From Nitrospinales bacterium (lineage in GTDB: Bacteria > Nitrospinota > Nitrospinia > Nitrospinales > VA-1), in the NCBI GenBank assembly GCA_965223345.1, contig CBDCWG010000007.1, forward strand, positions 1-64,000: a DNA stretch of 64,000 bases, in the 5' to 3' direction. Of this stretch, positions 44,398 through 54,632 are shown in pieces. The notes under the pieces were generated by a model, which was given only the letters and a program-made list of their open reading frames with translations, did no database searches and was not told where the DNA came from. How positions within the stretch are numbered: the first letter of the stretch is position 1; every line of letters starts with the position of its first letter. A program made the translations under genes and the position numbers.

Positions 44398-45189
44398 GTG
44401 CCGCAATCGAATTCCATCGTCCTCATCACGGGCAACGGACCGCGCCACCGTTATTTCACCGAGTGCCTGAACGCCCGGTTTCCGATCGCAGCGGTGTGGC
44501 GCGAGTCGGTCCCCTACCCCGCCCCCGCTTTCGCATCCGACGAGGAGCGGCAAGCCTGGGACTGGTTTTTTGCGCGAAGGCAGGAGCACGAAAACAACAT
44601 CCTGAACTCCGGAAAGCGGCCGCCGGCATTGAACGCACCGCAGCGGCACAGCCTGATAGAGAGAGAACTCGCGGCTCCTGCAACCTGGGAGGCGATCGCG
44701 AAGCTGCGGCCCGGTTTCATCGCGCTGTTCGGCACGAGTCTGGTGCCGGCCGGTTTTCTCGCGCGGTTTCCCGGCCGGGTTTTCAATCTGCACGTCGGCA
44801 GGCCGGCATTTTACCGGGGTTCCTCCTGCAATTTCTGGCCGATTCACGACCGCAGACTCGAATGCCTGGGTGCGGCGGTGCACCGCGTCGATGCGGGCAT
44901 CGACACCGGCGAGGTCATCGCAGAGTCTGGAGTGTCTTTTGAGAAGCAGGACGACGAGCAGAGCCTGAGCGCCCGAACGTGGGTCGTGGGAACCGAATTG
45001 ATGGCGGAGGTGATCGCAAGCTGGCTCAAGGGAGAACCGCTTTCGGCGCTGGCGCAACCATCAAAGGGGAAACTGTACCGGATGAAAGATTTCACACCGC
45101 AGGCGGTGTTGCGGGTGAAGCAAATGGTGGAATCGGGGGAACTCGCGCACCAAATCGCAGCACAGCGCCAGGCGCACAGGGCGGGATGA
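44398..45189 (+). CDS. Formyltransferase family protein (Formyl_trans_N)
   Basis: FNLHVG...YRGS...FWP, VHRVDAGIDTGEVI; GTG after AAGGAG. Confidence 0.8.
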   Translation: MPQSNSIVLITGNGPRHRYFTECLNARFPIAAVWRESVPYPAPAFASDEERQAWDWFFARRQEHENNILNSGKRPPALNAPQRHSLIERELAAPATWEAIAKLRPGFIALFGTSLVPAGFLARFPGRVFNLHVGRPAFYRGSSCNFWPIHDRRLECLGAAVHRVDAGIDTGEVIAESGVSFEKQDDEQSLSARTWVVGTELMAEVIASWLKGEPLSALAQPSKGKLYRMKDFTPQAVLRVKQMVESGELAHQIAAQRQAHRAG

Positions 45190-45201
45190 GGTTTTTCGGC
45201 C

Positions 45202-46236
45202 TCAGCCGTTGCGCACCAGACGGATGCTCATGGTGACGTTGTTGTAGCTTTTCATTTCCGTCTTGCTGAACCCGCCCACGAAAAAGAAGAGGCGCGCCGA
45301 ATCCAGCCCCACTTCCTCGTTGGTCCAGTAAGCGTAGCCGCCTCCCTCATTAAACGCGGCGGGATAACCGAGCGGCACGTTTTTCTTGCGGTCGAAGGCG
45401 ACCTGCTTGCCTTTCGGGTCGTAGCTCGACTGGTATTCTTCGGGAGTGGGGACGCGCCAGTCGGCGAAGCCGCCGTAGCGCTGCCGGTTCATCTTCTTGG
45501 CCCAGTCCATCGCTTCCCTCCAGCTGTCGGGCTGGCGCATTTCGATGTTTCTGAAATCGCGGGTCATCCAGATGAGGTTGTGCTTGGGATCGAGGGCGGT
45601 GCCGTTTTCATACAGCTCCCAGCCGTTGACGATCTGCCGCTGCGCGCGGATCGACTGGTTCAGATCCCAGGCCTTGTAAAATTCGAACAACGCGAACGCC
45701 GCGACGATGCCGAGAATCGCGAACACCAGATACTTGCGCGTCTTGCTCAGGCGGTCGATTTTGGATTCGAGCTGTTTGGAGGCGTTGACCTGCTCGGCTT
45801 TTTCCTGAGTGATTTTTTCGCATTTTCCTTCCAGCGCCTTGAGCTTGAGGTTTTTTTCGTAGCGTTCGATCCCCGCCTGAATGGTTTTCTGCACGAGCTT
45901 GAAATCGAGAGGCTTTTTCAGATAGCGGAACGCTTCGCCCTTGTTGACGATGTCTTCGATGAGCTGGGCGTCGTAGTAGGCCGTCATGAGAATCCGCACC
46001 GTTTCGGGGCAGATGGCTTTCAGTTTTTTGAAGAACTCGGTTCCCTTCATCGCGGGCATGCGATTGTCCGAAAGCACGACCGAAAACGGCCCGCCCTCCT
46101 CCAGCATGCCCAGCGCTTCGTCCACATTGCCTGTGGTCACGACTTCGTAGTTTTCACCGGCCAGCATTTTTTTGGCGACGCTGAGAATTTTTTTCTCGTC
46201 ATCGACGATCATCACGCGCGCTTTAGCAGATGCCAT
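45202..46236 (-). CDS. Receiver domain - coiled coil - TM - DUF1566/Lcl domain protein
   Basis: VMIVDDE, LSDNRMP, LMTAY, KKP receiver; TM YLVFAILGIVAAFALF; NGTALDPKHNLIW, YGGFADWRVPT, IRLVR. Confidence 0.8.
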   Translation of the reverse strand: MASAKARVMIVDDEKKILSVAKKMLAGENYEVVTTGNVDEALGMLEEGGPFSVVLSDNRMPAMKGTEFFKKLKAICPETVRILMTAYYDAQLIEDIVNKGEAFRYLKKPLDFKLVQKTIQAGIERYEKNLKLKALEGKCEKITQEKAEQVNASKQLESKIDRLSKTRKYLVFAILGIVAAFALFEFYKAWDLNQSIRAQRQIVNGWELYENGTALDPKHNLIWMTRDFRNIEMRQPDSWREAMDWAKKMNRQRYGGFADWRVPTPEEYQSSYDPKGKQVAFDRKKNVPLGYPAAFNEGGGYAYWTNEEVGLDSARLFFFVGGFSKTEMKSYNNVTMSIRLVRNG

Positions 46237-46375
46237 GAGTTTTGAGTCCTGAAAGGGGTTGTTCGTGTGAAACCCGTCGGGCAACCTACCCACCAACAAA
46301 AAGAATGTAACTGTTAATATAATACACTCAGATGCCGCCTTTGTAAAGAAAAGTCAAAGGTTTGTCGTTTTTTTT

Positions 46376-48673
46376 CTACTTTTGGCCGGAAGCCGCTTTC
46401 GCGCCGATCAGTTCGCGGATTTTTCCCAGAAGCTCGATGCGGCTGTAATCGCCTTTCTGGAACACATGATCGACTTCCAGATTCAACCGCTCCAGCTCCG
46501 GCATGGAAAGCTCCTTGGCGGTGAGAACGATGACGGGGATGTCCTTGTTGAGACCGTTTTTGTGAAACTGGGACAAAAACTCGAATCCGTTGAACTCCGG
46601 CATGACCAGATCGAGCAGGATCAATTCCGGGCTTTCTGTTTCCAGAATCTTCAGAGCCGACCCGCCGTCCAGCGCTTCCATGACTTTCCATCCCTCTTTA
46701 TTCAAGAGCCGCGACAACGCGCCCCGGTTGGTCAGATCGTCTTCGACCACCAGGATGGAATGCGCGGCGATGGGCGTGCCGTTCATGCGCAAAATCGCAT
46801 CGATGAAATGATCCCAATCGATGGGCTTGTTCATGAATTCCGTGGCCCCGCTTTGCATGGCTTTTTCCCGCTCGTCGAGCATGGTGAGCATCATCACCGG
46901 GATCTTCGCCAGGGACGCGTCGCTTTTCAAATGCGACAGCACGGTCCAGCCGTCCATGTCCGGCATCATCACATCCAGCGTGATGACATCGGGTTTCATC
47001 TCCCTCGCCTTGCGCAGGCCCTCGGGGCCGTCTTTGGCGGTTTCGACGATGAACCCGGCTTTATCCAGAAAACGGTGAATGAGATCGCGGATGGTCGGGT
47101 CGTCGTCCACGGCGAGAACGCGGATGCCGTTTTCCGGCAGTTTGGAGTCCCCGCGTTCCTGCGGCGGGGCATCCTGCGGGATGGGCGCGGGTTTCGGTGC
47201 GGCCGCAGTCGTGTTGCCGTTTTCCTTCGCAGACGGACTTTCCGGTTCCGCAGCCGACGCCACGCCCGGCTGGGTCGCGTCCGCGGGGAGCGTCACCGTG
47301 AAGACCGAGCCTTTTCCCAGTTCGCTGGAAACCTCGATGTCGCCGCCCAGGATCTGGCACAGCCGGCGGCTGATCGCAAGGCCCAGCCCGGTCCCGCCGT
47401 ACTTGCGCGTGGTGGCGGGTTCGCCCTGGGTGAACTCGTGAAACAGGCTGGAAATCATCTCCGGCCGGATGCCGATGCCGGTGTCGCTGACCGAGAAGAC
47501 CACGCCGTGGGATTCCTGAGCGCCCTGCTCGGAGACCTTGAGGGTGATCATGCCGTCTTCGGTGAATTTGCAGGCGTTGCTGAGCAGGTTGAGGAGCACC
47601 TGGCGCAGCCGGGCCTGATCGGAAAACATCGAATCGACGGAACCCTGATAGGTCACGTTCAGCGTGTTGCGGTTCTTGCGCGCCAGGGGGCGGATGGTGG
47701 CCATCACATCCTCGACCATGGCGTTCACCTTGAACATCTCCAGGTTGACGTCCATCATTCCCGCCTGGATTTTGGAAAGGTCCAGGATGTCGTTGAGCAG
47801 AACCAGAAGGTGGTTGCCGGAGGATTCGATCGATTTGAGATCGTCGCAGAAATCTTCGCGTCCGAGTTTTTTCAATTCGTAGTGCAGGATTTCGCAATAG
47901 CCCAAAATGGCGTTCAAGGGAGTGCGGAATTCGTGGCTGATATTGGCGATGAAATCGCTTTTCACCCGCGCGGCGGCTTCGGCCTCCTCTTTCGCGACCA
48001 CCAGGGATTCCTCGGCGAGCCGGCGGTAGGCGATTTCCTGTTTCAGCTCGTGCGTCTGGTTTTCCAGATCCTGCGTGCGTTTCCGCACAGTGGCTTCCAG
48101 GTTTTTGTTCTGATCCGATATCATTTTGTAAAGTGCCGCCGATTCCAGGGCGTGCGCGGTGTTCTGCAAAATGATGGACAGCGGATTCAGGATGGAATCG
48201 TTGATGTCTTTGTCTTCCTGACGCAAAATACCGGCGAACATGCCCCGCACCCGGGTCTTGGTGGCCAGGACGTGCAGGATGAGCGACCTGTCGTACTCTT
48301 TCGAGCGCACCACCACCGGCCGGTTCTGGTTCACCGCCCAGGAAAAGCCGCCGCTTTCAATCTGATGATTGATTTCGTTTTCGATGCGCTGTTTTTCTTC
48401 CGGCGGGTCCACTTCGGTGACGACGAAATTCGAATCGTTCTCATCGACGTTGATGAACGCCATCACCTGAAAATCCAGCAGGCGTTTCAGATGATCGCGG
48501 GAAAGAAACAGGATCTTCGCGATGTCGCATTCGAGGGTGGCGTCGTGCTGCGCCTGGCCGAGCGAGGCCAGAAGGTTCATTCCATAGAGGTTGGACTGCG
48601 CCAGTTTTTCCAGATACTGGATCCGGACTTCGGGCTTGCGTCTGGGCTCAGCGGGTTCCCACTTTTTTACCAT
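46376..48673 (-). CDS. Cytoplasmic hybrid histidine kinase with two receiver domains
   Basis: SHEFRTPLN, NLLSNACKFT, DTGIG, GGTGLGL; two REC domains (LDVMMP, LDLVMP). Confidence 0.92.
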   Translation of the reverse strand: MVKKWEPAEPRRKPEVRIQYLEKLAQSNLYGMNLLASLGQAQHDATLECDIAKILFLSRDHLKRLLDFQVMAFINVDENDSNFVVTEVDPPEEKQRIENEINHQIESGGFSWAVNQNRPVVVRSKEYDRSLILHVLATKTRVRGMFAGILRQEDKDINDSILNPLSIILQNTAHALESAALYKMISDQNKNLEATVRKRTQDLENQTHELKQEIAYRRLAEESLVVAKEEAEAAARVKSDFIANISHEFRTPLNAILGYCEILHYELKKLGREDFCDDLKSIESSGNHLLVLLNDILDLSKIQAGMMDVNLEMFKVNAMVEDVMATIRPLARKNRNTLNVTYQGSVDSMFSDQARLRQVLLNLLSNACKFTEDGMITLKVSEQGAQESHGVVFSVSDTGIGIRPEMISSLFHEFTQGEPATTRKYGGTGLGLAISRRLCQILGGDIEVSSELGKGSVFTVTLPADATQPGVASAAEPESPSAKENGNTTAAAPKPAPIPQDAPPQERGDSKLPENGIRVLAVDDDPTIRDLIHRFLDKAGFIVETAKDGPEGLRKAREMKPDVITLDVMMPDMDGWTVLSHLKSDASLAKIPVMMLTMLDEREKAMQSGATEFMNKPIDWDHFIDAILRMNGTPIAAHSILVVEDDLTNRGALSRLLNKEGWKVMEALDGGSALKILETESPELILLDLVMPEFNGFEFLSQFHKNGLNKDIPVIVLTAKELSMPELERLNLEVDHVFQKGDYSRIELLGKIRELIGAKAASGQK

Positions 48674-48681
48674 GACCTCAC

Positions 48682-49521
48682 CTACATGAAGATTTTGATC
48701 ACCTCATCGACCTGCCGGTCAACCTGCGCGAGGATGGAAGACAGCAGACTGGAGGGCAGGCCCACGACTTCCCAGGCCTTCGTGTCCAGGGGCGGCACGC
48801 TGCGTTCGCCGCTGGAGCCGATTTCCAGGGCGTGCGCCAGGATGTCGCCCAGGTGCGAAATGGAGGCTTCGACCGTGAACGTCCCGGCCTGCATCGGACG
48901 GTGGTGATACTGCACGGCGTGCACCAGAGAATCGGGCAGGTTCCACTTTTTCATCAGCGCGCCGCCGACATCGGTGTGGTCGAGCCTCAGCACGTCGCGC
49001 TCGGATTCGTGCAACAGGCTGCCTTTTTTGTAGCGCTCGAACACCTTGGTCATTTCGTCCGGCACGGTGATGTAAAGCAGAAGCCGGCCCACATCGTGCA
49101 ACAGCCCGGTCAGGTAGTACCGTTCGGGATTGGATTCGTTGCGGTAAACCGAAACCACCCGGGCGGCGAGTCCGGAGGCGATGCTGTGGCACCAGAAGGA
49201 ATGCATGTCCACCACGTCGCGCGGAACGCCTTTGAAGCTGCTGACGACGGAGGTCGCCAGAGCCAGGTCCCGCAACTGCGCCATGCCCACGATGGTCACG
49301 GCGTGCGTGATGGTTTCGATCTCCGATGAAAATCCGAAATACGAGCTGTTCACCAGCCGCAGAAGGCGCGCGGACAGGGCGGAATCGTTGCTGATGATCT
49401 GGGCCAGTTGGGCGAACGAGGTCTCCGGGTTTTCCACCGCCTCATTGATCTGGTAGAAAATCGAGGGCAAGGAGGCCAGCTCCACGGACCCGTCTATCAG
49501 ATCTTCCACTGCATGTGTCAT
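48682..49521 (-). CDS. HDOD domain protein
   Basis: LASLP, DSALSARLLRLVNS, FWCHS, GLLHDVG, WNLP, YHH. Confidence 0.9.
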   Translation of the reverse strand: MTHAVEDLIDGSVELASLPSIFYQINEAVENPETSFAQLAQIISNDSALSARLLRLVNSSYFGFSSEIETITHAVTIVGMAQLRDLALATSVVSSFKGVPRDVVDMHSFWCHSIASGLAARVVSVYRNESNPERYYLTGLLHDVGRLLLYITVPDEMTKVFERYKKGSLLHESERDVLRLDHTDVGGALMKKWNLPDSLVHAVQYHHRPMQAGTFTVEASISHLGDILAHALEIGSSGERSVPPLDTKAWEVVGLPSSLLSSILAQVDRQVDEVIKIFM

Positions 49522-49524
49522 GTG

Positions 49525-49863
49525 TCAGCCCTCTTTACGCGATTCGACTTTGCGCAGAATGCAAAGGTCCACCAGTTCCATGATCGCCGGGTGGCGCCGG
49601 TCGTTGTAACGGAACAACACGTCGATCTCTTTTTGAATGTCTTCGGGAACGACGTCGGGTTTGACGCCCAGCGACACGGTCGTCTCCTGCTCTTCGACCA
49701 CCAGTTCGACATCCACCTCGGTGATGCCCCAGGCCTTGAACGTGCGGATGTGCTTGGCCGTGACCTCGTGGCCGGAAGTCAAAAGCAGCCTGCCGGTGCG
49801 GTCCACCACGTTTTTGTCCAGGACCATCCCCGGTTTCAGTTTGTTGATCCGAATGACGGGCAT
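49525..49863 (-). CDS. Small protein resembling N-terminal domain of HD-GYP proteins
   Basis: IRINKLKPGMVLDKNVVDRTGRLLL...WGITEVDV; GAGGA RBS; first gene of HDOD operon. Confidence 0.65.
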   Translation of the reverse strand: MPVIRINKLKPGMVLDKNVVDRTGRLLLTSGHEVTAKHIRTFKAWGITEVDVELVVEEQETTVSLGVKPDVVPEDIQKEIDVLFRYNDRRHPAIMELVDLCILRKVESRKEG

Positions 49864-50489
49864 CAGCGGGTTTTCCTCAAATGACGATCGGGCAATTGCG
49901 AGGGAATGGGATCCGGTTTGATCCGAAAAGGTCGATTGGCAAAGGTAAGGTGCGCCCCCAGCGAAATGTCCCCCAGCATTTTCCAATATTTTAGCAAAAT
50001 CACCTAAAATTAAAGTCTAACACACTCCCCCTCGGAATGGAATATTCTCTTAATTTTTAATACTTTATAGGAAAATTCCGCCTGTTGGGGCGCGATTTCC
50101 GGCAAATCGCATCCCGGCCTGAAAAATCCCGAAACGCACCGCGCCGCCGGGGGCTTTCACAGCCCAAAATCCTTTCAAACAAAGCCTTTTCAAGCCCAGG
50201 GCGGGCTCGTTTCCCGCCCCGCCTAAACTGCGAAACCGGGAACGCGGCCCGATTTCTGGAAAAAACCCAGGCTATCGGTTATAGTTGCCGCACTCCACGG
50301 ATTCTTGCGATCCCGGCGCCCGAAAGCTCGGAAAAACGGGTGCTTTTTTCTACGGTTTGCCCTTATTCGGTCGATAAGTGTTGTGATGCCGTCATTGCGT
50401 TCGTTTTGCGGACCGCCAATGCATTGGCCGCCGTGTCACCGTTTCCAGGGCGCTCGGGTTTTTCAAACACCACGACGGCGGGAGGGACA

Positions 50490-51722
50490 ATGGAAAAGCA
50501 GATAACGGTAATTGGTGACAGCGGCGATGTGCTGTTCATGATGCTCGGTGCGGTCATGGTCTTTGCCATGCACGGGGGATTCGCCTTCCTGGAAGTGGGA
50601 ACGGTGCGCAAAAAAAATCAGGTCAACGCGCTGGTGAAGATCCTGGTGGATTTCGCGGTGTCCACCGTGATCTATTTTCTCATCGGTTATTCCATTGCGT
50701 ATGGGATTTATTTTTATCAGTCGGCGGCGGGACTGGTTTCCGAAAAACAGGGTTACGAACTGGTTCACTTTTTCTTTTTGCTCACGTTTGCGGCGGCGAT
50801 CCCGGCCATCATCTCCGGCGGCATCGCCGAGCGGGCCAAATTCTGGACACAGGTTGTGGCGGCGGCGATTTTCGTGGCCCTGGTCTACCCGCTGTTCGAA
50901 GGCATGGTCTGGGGACAGATCACCTTTCTGGGTCAGGACGGGTCCTGGCTCGCGGGCATTTCCGGCGGCGTTCCCTTCCACGATTATGCAGGCTCGGTGG
51001 TGGTGCATTCGGTGGGCGGCTGGATCGCGCTTGCCGCCGTCATCGTGCTGGGTCCGCGCATGGGGCGCTGGGATTCCAAAGGCAACAGCCGTCCCATTCC
51101 GGTCAGCAACGTGCCGTTTCTCGCGCTGGGCAGCTGGATGCTGTGTGTCGGCTGGTTCGGGTTCAACGTCATGTCCGCCGCGACGCTCGATGCGATCTCC
51201 GGACTGGTCGCCATGAACTCGCTGTTCGCCATGGCGGGCGGCGTCATCGTGGCGCTCGTCATCTCCAAGAACGATCCCGGTTTCATCCACAACGGCGCGC
51301 TCGCCGGCCTGGTCGCGATCTGCGCCGGCTCCGACAAGGTGCACCCGATCGGTGCGTTCGTCATCGGCGGCATCGCCGCGGTGATTTTCGTCAAAGGGTT
51401 CACTTGGGAACAGGAAAAACTCAAGATCGACGACGTGCTGGGAGTCTGGCCGCTGCACGGCATCTCCGGCACCTGGGGCGGCATCGCCTGCGGCATCTTC
51501 GGGCAGGAAGCGCTGGGCGGCCTCGGCGGCGTCAGCCTGGTGGCGCAGACCGTCGGCTCGGTGATCGCCATCGTCATCGCGGCGGGACTGGGATACGTCG
51601 TCTACAAAGTCCTGGACTCCCTGTTCGGCATCCGGCTGTCTCCCGAAGAGGAAGGCCAGGGTTCCGACCTTTCGATCCACAAACTGGGCTCCTATCCGGA
51701 AGAAGGGACCACCCGGTTTTAA
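50490..51722 (+). CDS. amt: Ammonium transporter (Amt family)
   Basis: GFAFLEVG.VRKKN, IISGGIAER, DYAGSVVVH, WFGFN, NGALAGLVAI, IDDVLGVWPLHG. Confidence 0.95.
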   Translation: MEKQITVIGDSGDVLFMMLGAVMVFAMHGGFAFLEVGTVRKKNQVNALVKILVDFAVSTVIYFLIGYSIAYGIYFYQSAAGLVSEKQGYELVHFFFLLTFAAAIPAIISGGIAERAKFWTQVVAAAIFVALVYPLFEGMVWGQITFLGQDGSWLAGISGGVPFHDYAGSVVVHSVGGWIALAAVIVLGPRMGRWDSKGNSRPIPVSNVPFLALGSWMLCVGWFGFNVMSAATLDAISGLVAMNSLFAMAGGVIVALVISKNDPGFIHNGALAGLVAICAGSDKVHPIGAFVIGGIAAVIFVKGFTWEQEKLKIDDVLGVWPLHGISGTWGGIACGIFGQEALGGLGGVSLVAQTVGSVIAIVIAAGLGYVVYKVLDSLFGIRLSPEEEGQGSDLSIHKLGSYPEEGTTRF

Positions 51723-51745
51723 GATCACCGCGTCAACAAAGGACC

Positions 51746-54016
51746 ATGATCCGTTTTCTCGCCATCGCGCTCATTCTCTGGCTGGTGCCGGCGGTTTCTT
51801 CCGCGTTCGAGAAGAAAATCGAGGCCTACAAGCAGGCCATCGCGGACGATCCGAAGGACTACGCGCCGCGTTTCGGTCTGGGGCGTACGTATCAGGTGCT
51901 GGGCTTTCACGAGCAGGCCATCACCGAGTTCGAGGCGGCGCTGCGCCTGGAACCGCTGTTCGCTGCCGCGCATCAGGGCATCGGCGCGAGCTACGGTGAG
52001 CTGCGCCAGTACAAAAAATCGGCGGCGGCGTACCTCAAGGCCACGCGGCTGGATCCAAATTTTGCCGAAGGCCAGTACGGCCTCGGCTGGGCGCTGGAAA
52101 AGCAGAACCGCTGCCGCGAGGCTTTGAAACCACTCAAGATCGCGCTCGAGCTGGACCCCGCGCTGGCGGCGGCGCGCCTGACGCTGGGGCAGTGTTATTA
52201 CAAGCTCAAGCGTTACCCGCAGGCGATCGAGCAGTTCGAGTTCTCCCTGGGAACCGATCCTCTGGTGCTGGAGGCGCATTTCGGTCTGGGAAAAAGCCGT
52301 CTCGCGATGGGGCATTACGATAAAGCCATCGACGCGTTCCGGGAAACGCTTGACCTCAATCCCAATTACTTTGAAGCCCACACCGGCATCGGCCGGGCGC
52401 ACGTGCGCGCCGGGCGCTACCTGCTGGCGCTCAAACCTCTCAAAAAAGCGCTGCTCGTCAATCCCAAGGAAGCGGCGGCCTACGATCTGCTCGGCACCGC
52501 CTACAAGCAGCTGCGCCGATATCAGGATTCGCTGGATGCGTTTCTAAAACTGGTGTCGCTGCGTTTCCGCGATCCCACCGCGCATTTCAAGCTGGGTATG
52601 GCCTACACCCGGCTGGGGAAAAAGACGGCAGCCCTCAAAAGCCTGGGCGAAGCGGTGCGGCTGAACCCCGACTACGCGGTGGCCTATTTTCAGATCGCGA
52701 AGATCCACGAATCGCTCGAACAATACGACCGCGCGATCGCCAATTACCTGGAGGTGGTGCGCGTGCGCCCCAAACACGTGGACGCCTATTTCAACATCGG
52801 GCGCATTCACGAACGCATGAAGCGCTACCGCCTCGCGACGGACGCCTACCGGCACGTGACGCGGCTCAAGCCGGATCACTTCGACGCTTTTGCCCGAATG
52901 GGCGGATGTTTCCTGATCCTCAAATGGAACGATCAGGCGCGGTCGGCGTTCGAAAGAGCCATCGCGCTCAAACCCAACTCCGCACAGACCCATTTCAACC
53001 TGGCGATCGCCCTGATCGACCTCGAACTTTATGAAGCGGCCATCCCGCCGCTGATCCGCACGCTGAACCTGGACCCAAGCCTCAAACAGGCGCATTACGA
53101 GTTGGGGTTCGTGTACCTGAGCCTGAAACAGTACGAGAAGGCCATCGCCCCGCTGAAGCAGGCGGTGCGCGCCGATCCGGAAAACGCCCTCGCCCGTTTC
53201 AGCCTGGGCCTCGCTTACAGTGAAATCGGCGATCACGTGACCGCCGTGCCGCATCTGGAAGCGTCGATCCGCATCGCGCCACAGTTATCGCGGGCGCAGT
53301 ATTTTCTGGGAATCGGTTACACCAAGCTGTCGCGTTTCGAAGACGCCGTCGCGCCTTTCAAGGAGGCGGTGCGGTTGTCGCCGGATTTCACCGAGGCCTA
53401 CAGCCGGCTGGGAGCGGTGTACTGGCAGCTCGAACGCTACCCGGAAGCCATCGCCACCTATCAGATCGCGGCGAAACTGAAACCCGACCTGCTCTCAACC
53501 TTCATCAGCCTGGGTTCGATCCACACGCTCATCGAACAGCACGAAGAGGCGATCAAAAACTTCAAGGAGGTGCTGCGCATCGATCCCAACCACGTGCAGG
53601 CGCATTACAGTCTGGGTCTGGTTTACGACGTGCTGGGCCGCTACGAGGAAGCGATCCGGGAATACAACGAGGTGATCCGCAGGGACCCGGGACACGCGGA
53701 CGCCTACTCCAGCCTCGGCTGGACGCTGATCGAAATGAACCGGCACCTGGAAGCGGAAAAACCGCTCAAGCAGGCGATCCGCCTCAATCCGAAAAACGCC
53801 GACGCCTACTTCAACCTGGGATGGGTTTACGGCGAGATGAAACGCTACCGCGACGCGATCCCGCAGTACCGCGAGGCGCTGAACCTCAACCCCGAGCACT
53901 CCGGAGCGCAGGAACGGCTGCGCTTCGCGCAGAACATCCTCAGAGGCAACGGATCTCAGGGCTCGCGCGCACCGGCCGCAAAACCCACGGCCCCGTCCAT
54001 CATCATCACGCCGTAA
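51746..54016 (+). CDS. Exported long tetratricopeptide repeat protein (~20 TPRs)
   Basis: AAGGA RBS, signal peptide MIRFLAIALILWLVPAVSSA, continuous 34-aa periodicity. Confidence 0.9.
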   Translation: MIRFLAIALILWLVPAVSSAFEKKIEAYKQAIADDPKDYAPRFGLGRTYQVLGFHEQAITEFEAALRLEPLFAAAHQGIGASYGELRQYKKSAAAYLKATRLDPNFAEGQYGLGWALEKQNRCREALKPLKIALELDPALAAARLTLGQCYYKLKRYPQAIEQFEFSLGTDPLVLEAHFGLGKSRLAMGHYDKAIDAFRETLDLNPNYFEAHTGIGRAHVRAGRYLLALKPLKKALLVNPKEAAAYDLLGTAYKQLRRYQDSLDAFLKLVSLRFRDPTAHFKLGMAYTRLGKKTAALKSLGEAVRLNPDYAVAYFQIAKIHESLEQYDRAIANYLEVVRVRPKHVDAYFNIGRIHERMKRYRLATDAYRHVTRLKPDHFDAFARMGGCFLILKWNDQARSAFERAIALKPNSAQTHFNLAIALIDLELYEAAIPPLIRTLNLDPSLKQAHYELGFVYLSLKQYEKAIAPLKQAVRADPENALARFSLGLAYSEIGDHVTAVPHLEASIRIAPQLSRAQYFLGIGYTKLSRFEDAVAPFKEAVRLSPDFTEAYSRLGAVYWQLERYPEAIATYQIAAKLKPDLLSTFISLGSIHTLIEQHEEAIKNFKEVLRIDPNHVQAHYSLGLVYDVLGRYEEAIREYNEVIRRDPGHADAYSSLGWTLIEMNRHLEAEKPLKQAIRLNPKNADAYFNLGWVYGEMKRYRDAIPQYREALNLNPEHSGAQERLRFAQNILRGNGSQGSRAPAAKPTAPSIIITP

Positions 54017-54018
54017 AC

Positions 54019-54567
54019 TGTCATGCTGAGTCCTTCGGCAAACTCAGGACAAGCTCCGTCGAAGCATGACCACATGGTTGCAAGAGCTTGTTTGTTCTCC
54101 TGTCATCCTTCGACAGGCTCAGGATGACAGAAAAAAAGGAGAAGGATCCCCCTCACCCCACCCTCTCCCTCCAGGGGAGAGGGATTTTTTTTTGCCTTGC
54201 TTCGAGCATCAATGACTGCACGCAAGGAAAGCGAAAAAGGAAGAGAGAAAACAACTGAAAAACATTAAGAAAAATAAATCGCCAGGATAGAACCTGAGGC
54301 AGCTCAGGACAATCTCCGTCGAAGCATGACCGCATAATTGCAAAAGGTCGAGACAGCTTTTTGTTCGCTCCCCTCCATCCTTCGACAAGCTCAGGATGAC
54401 AGAAAAAATTGGCGCTTTCCTGGTTTTGGTTTTCTTTGCGCCCTTTGCGTCTTTGCGGTTAAAAACCTTTTTATTTAAAACTTTCGCAGGGCCATCGATT
54501 TGCGAGATAAGGCGAAAAACAAAAGCGCCTTCAACGCAAAGACGCAAAGGACGCAAAGGACGCAAAG
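54019..54567. repeat. Cluster of three REP-like palindromic repeat types between convergent genes
   Basis: CATCCTTCGACA(G/A)GCTCAGGATGAC at ~54101 and ~54376; CTCCGTCGAAGCATGAC twice; CCCTCACCCCACCCTCTCCC..GGGAGAGGG at 54146-54185; inverted CTTTGCG/CGCAAAG arrays at 54434-54462 and 54533-54567. Confidence 0.85.
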
Positions 54568-54632
54568 TGTCTATAACCTGAAGCGATGTATTTCTGTCTG
54601 GGCGGGAGTTGATTGAAAAAAGCAGAGGAAAT

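Noticed and set aside
51143..51745. N-terminal extension of the 957 aa TPR ORF / Amt-TPR frameshift fusion
   Set aside because: Overlaps amt out of frame; RBS and signal peptide at 51746 mark the real start
54019..54567. CRISPR array
   Set aside because: Repeats are of mixed types and orientations, irregularly spaced, with no unique equal-length spacers or cas genes
54153..54581. Short ORFs in the repeat gap
   Set aside because: Translations (PLRPLRLCV, VILSLSK, PLPWRERVG) are readouts of the repeats
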